A stretch of DNA of 32,000 nt from Promethearchaeota archaeon (lineage in GTDB: Archaea > Asgardarchaeota > Lokiarchaeia > Sigyniarchaeales > SOKP01), in the NCBI GenBank assembly GCA_030606485.1, contig JAUWGH010000003.1, forward strand, positions 420,001-452,000, given 5' to 3'. Shown here in pieces: positions 29,559 to 32,000 of the stretch. The position numbers and the translations under genes were made by a program. The notes below the pieces were generated by a model, which searched no databases, was not told the origin of the DNA, and saw only the letters and a list, made by a program, of their open reading frames with translations. Every line of letters starts with the position of its first letter. Position 1 is the stretch's first letter.

Positions 29559-30542
29559 ATGGATAAAAAAAAGCAAAAACTTAAGCGTATAGCGAGTCCG
29601 TATAATTTAAAAGAAACATTAGGGTATTTTATAAGAAATTTTATAGGCCCTAGCGTAAAGAATAAAGGTATTGTAGAATATATCCCAAGTTCTTATATTT
29701 TAAACGAGGGTGTTATACCTAAATATAATGTTGCCTTTATCGGTGATATTATGGATATGAGAGGAAAATCCGAAATTATAAGTGAAAATCTTAAAGAATT
29801 TGTGAGAGATTGTGATTATCTAATTGGTAATTTTGAAGCAACGATAACGAAAGCAAAAGGGGCATATATGTGTCAAAAGCACATTCCACAAATTATGAAT
29901 GCTCTTGCAGACCTTTTCCCTCCGGAAAAAACTTATCTTTCAATGGCGAACAACCATGCAGGAGACTTTGGGAAGGAGATATTCTTAGAATCAGTAGACA
30001 AATTGCATTCGCGAGGATTTAATATATTTGGATGGGATGAGCAACCCTATTGGGATATTAATAAAGATTTAAGAGTAACTGCAGCAACTGCATGGTCGAA
30101 TCAAAAAATGGATTATGTGTTTATGTTGAAAAATGCAGGGCAATATGTAAAAAAAAATGTATTTAATCTTCTCTACCCTCACTTTGGATATGAACTTGAA
30201 CTTTACCCTAGACCCAAAACAGTAGAAGAGGGAAAAAAATGGATAAAAAAGTTTGATGCTATTATAGGAACTCATTCTCATGTTCCTCAAGCGGTGACTG
30301 CCGTAAAAAGTGAAAATAACAACGGAATCAATAAACTTATAGCATATTCTCTGGGAGATTTCTGTATTGAAGAAAAATTAAAACACTATCATTATGGAAT
30401 TGTTTTAAAAATAGAAATTGGACAAAATAATGCGGGAATTTGGCAAATTGGTTTGATTGAATGGCATTTTACTTGTTGTAAATCTCTTTCGGAAACTGAA
30501 TGTATTACTACAATTGTTCCAAAATTTCCTTATTTAAAATAG
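29559..30542 (+). CDS. CapA/PgsA-family metallophosphoesterase
   Basis: FIGDIM, GNFEATI, ANNHAGDFG, PHFGYE, IGTHSHVPQ, AYSLGDF. Confidence 0.85.
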   Translation: MDKKKQKLKRIASPYNLKETLGYFIRNFIGPSVKNKGIVEYIPSSYILNEGVIPKYNVAFIGDIMDMRGKSEIISENLKEFVRDCDYLIGNFEATITKAKGAYMCQKHIPQIMNALADLFPPEKTYLSMANNHAGDFGKEIFLESVDKLHSRGFNIFGWDEQPYWDINKDLRVTAATAWSNQKMDYVFMLKNAGQYVKKNVFNLLYPHFGYELELYPRPKTVEEGKKWIKKFDAIIGTHSHVPQAVTAVKSENNNGINKLIAYSLGDFCIEEKLKHYHYGIVLKIEIGQNNAGIWQIGLIEWHFTCCKSLSETECITTIVPKFPYLK

Positions 30543-30572
30543 TAAAAAAATAATTTACTTTTTTAAATTTCT

Positions 30573-31343
30573 TCAGTGTTTTTCTGTTGCAAATTGTGTA
30601 ATTCTGCGTTTAACTCCCTCAGATTGCGCAGTTTCAAGCATTGCAATTGATTCACTATCTAATGTAGCTTCAAGGTTCTTATCTTGGTTTTCATTAAGTA
30701 ATTTTTTTGTTATTCGAAGAGCAAGATGATCTTTTTGCACAATTGAGTTAGCAGTTTTTCTAAGAATCCTTCTAAGGCTTTCAGGTTTACAAATTTGATT
30801 AACCAAACCTATATTAAGTGCTTCTTCTGCATTGATCTCCTCACCAAGATACATAAGTTGCTTAGCTCGACCTTCACCAATTAACCGTGGTAATAATTTT
30901 GTAGAAGCATTCGAAAAGAATAACCCCATTCCTAATTCTGGAAGCATAATTTTAGTATCTGTAGCAGCTATTCTTAAATCACAACAGAGCAGTTGTTCAA
31001 AACCTCCTCCAATGACCCATCCATGAAGACCAGCGATAATTACACCAGGATGAGCCAACATAGCTCTTGTTAATACTTGCCAGCTTTGTAGAAACTCCAT
31101 TGCTTCAGCCAATCTATCAGGATTGGTAAGTAACTCATAGCCATATTTGAGATCAGCACCAACCGTGAAATGTTTTCCTTCAGCAGCATAAATTACACAA
31201 ACATCTCCATTCTTAGCGCTTTTATTGAAGGCTTCAATTATTTTATTAATAGTATTTAAGTCTAAAGAATTACGCTGTTCCGGTTTATTTATTGTTATCT
31301 TACCAATATCTCCTTCTTTTTCATATAATATAATATCTTCCAT
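30573..31343 (-). CDS. Enoyl-CoA hydratase/isomerase (crotonase) family protein
   Basis: KITINKPEQRNSL, FTVGADL, GWVIGGGFE, CDLRIAA, MLPE, AEEALNIGLVN. Confidence 0.92.
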   Translation of the reverse strand: MEDIILYEKEGDIGKITINKPEQRNSLDLNTINKIIEAFNKSAKNGDVCVIYAAEGKHFTVGADLKYGYELLTNPDRLAEAMEFLQSWQVLTRAMLAHPGVIIAGLHGWVIGGGFEQLLCCDLRIAATDTKIMLPELGMGLFFSNASTKLLPRLIGEGRAKQLMYLGEEINAEEALNIGLVNQICKPESLRRILRKTANSIVQKDHLALRITKKLLNENQDKNLEATLDSESIAMLETAQSEGVKRRITQFATEKH

Positions 31344-31487
31344 AATGCTTTCCTCTTTTTCTTTTTAAAATTAAAATTTTTATTATATAATTCGAAATAC
31401 TACAAGTTTTATTATAAGCTAACATTATTTAGAATTAATTGTCTCAATATAGGACAATTTAAGTAAATTGTTTTTAGGTTTTTAAGA

Positions 31488-31730
31488 ATGGTAAATGGTA
31501 CTGTAAAATGGTTTAATAGCCGAAAAGGCTATGGTTTTATTACTTATGAGGAAGGTTCGGAAGAAAAGGATGTCTTTGTTCATTTTAGCTCTATTAAATC
31601 TGAAGATGCTAGTTTTAAAACCTTATATGAAGGAGATAAAGTAGAATTTAATGTAACAGAGGGACAAAAGGGTCCACAAGCTAGTGACGTAGTAGTAACT
31701 GAAAGAGCACCACAACCTAGTAGATATTAA
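31488..31730 (+). CDS. cspA: Cold-shock domain protein (CspA family)
   Basis: [15 protein letters not shown] (RNP1), DVFVHFSSI (RNP2), GQKGPQA..V. Confidence 0.95.
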   Translation: MVNGTVKWFNSRKGYGFITYEEGSEEKDVFVHFSSIKSEDASFKTLYEGDKVEFNVTEGQKGPQASDVVVTERAPQPSRY

Positions 31731-31865
31731 AACAAACGTAGTTTTCGTAATTGATTAAAAAAAGTATTAAAAAAAAATTGATTAACGAGAATATAAGAAA
31801 ATTAGATTAATAAAAAAGAAGAAATAGAACAAAGAATAATCTGCATTACTAATCTTCTTTAATTT

Positions 31866-32000
31866 TTATTTTTTATTTCTCAGCAATAAATAAATCAAGA
31901 CCATAATTCGGCTTATTCTTATCTTTTCCATCAATACTTTTTTTTCATAAATTCCTCTTTTGAACTTCCCACCTGAGTATTCATTATTCTTTGCCACTTT
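31866..32000 (-). CDS. Probable 3' end of a gene entering from the right edge; frame uncertain
   Basis: Higher-complexity sequence at the window end. One minus frame is open from 32000 to a stop at 31866. An alternative reading joins two other frames across an A8 run. Confidence 0.3.
   Translation of the reverse strand, partial: KVAKNNEYSGGKFKRGIYEKKVLMEKIRISRIMVLIYLLLRNKK

Noticed and set aside
704-30290. Short ORF-track entries overlapping longer genes (e.g. 704-1054, 1143-1397, 3784-3969, 5988-6197, 6176-6373, 6577-6822, 7614-7922, 8436-8663, 12465-12695, 14689-14922, 17687-18439 set, 19181-19965 set, 22162-23298 set, 24012-25277, 27730-28525, 30069-30290)
   Set aside because: They lie antisense or out of frame to well-supported genes, have no recognisable motifs and have biased compositions typical of shadow ORFs.
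30832-31026. 64-aa plus-strand ORF
   Set aside because: Antisense shadow of the crotonase gene.
1-32000. Selenocysteine (TGA) or pyrrolysine (TAG) read-through, of interest because Lokiarchaeia encode Sec
   Set aside because: No gene shows a homologous domain continuing past an in-frame TGA or TAG. The TGA stop of tatD is soon followed by another stop, and that of ald overlaps the convergent MBL gene.
1-32000. CRISPR arrays, tRNA/rRNA genes, IS elements, prophage or defence genes
   Set aside because: I saw no regularly spaced repeats, no GC-rich structured non-coding segments and no transposase, integrase or phage motifs.

Overview
AT-rich (roughly 30% GC or less, by eye), gene-dense prokaryotic chromosomal window with about 28 protein-coding loci. 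I saw no rRNA, tRNA, CRISPR array, integrase or transposase. The gene content is four SCP2-fold lipid-binding proteins, an acyl-CoA synthetase, two crotonases, an ADP-forming acyl-CoA ligase alpha subunit, a SAMP/MoaD ubiquitin-like protein, an HTH-polyferredoxin protein, a URO-D-family protein and T-tract terminators. This fits an anaerobic heterotrophic archaeon, most likely Asgard/Lokiarchaeia (inference, not proven). The left half is mainly fatty-acid/lipid metabolism with a TetR regulator. The right half is carbohydrate use (GPH-MFS transporter, Rpe, divergent GH94-like phosphorylase, GH2 beta-mannosidase) plus miscellaneous hydrolases, Ald and a cold-shock protein. Top leads: (1) a cobalamin-type radical SAM protein at 19206-20807 whose motifs resemble the Grs/Gms archaeal tetraether-lipid-modifying family, next to a Thr-nucleophile AlkP hydrolase and a geranylgeranyl-reductase-family gene; (2) an otherwise intact GH2 gene split by a single extra base near 26147; (3) a tandem duplicated pair of uncharacterised 100-aa proteins with conserved flanking DNA; (4) a perfect 9-bp inverted repeat midway between tetR and the MFS gene.
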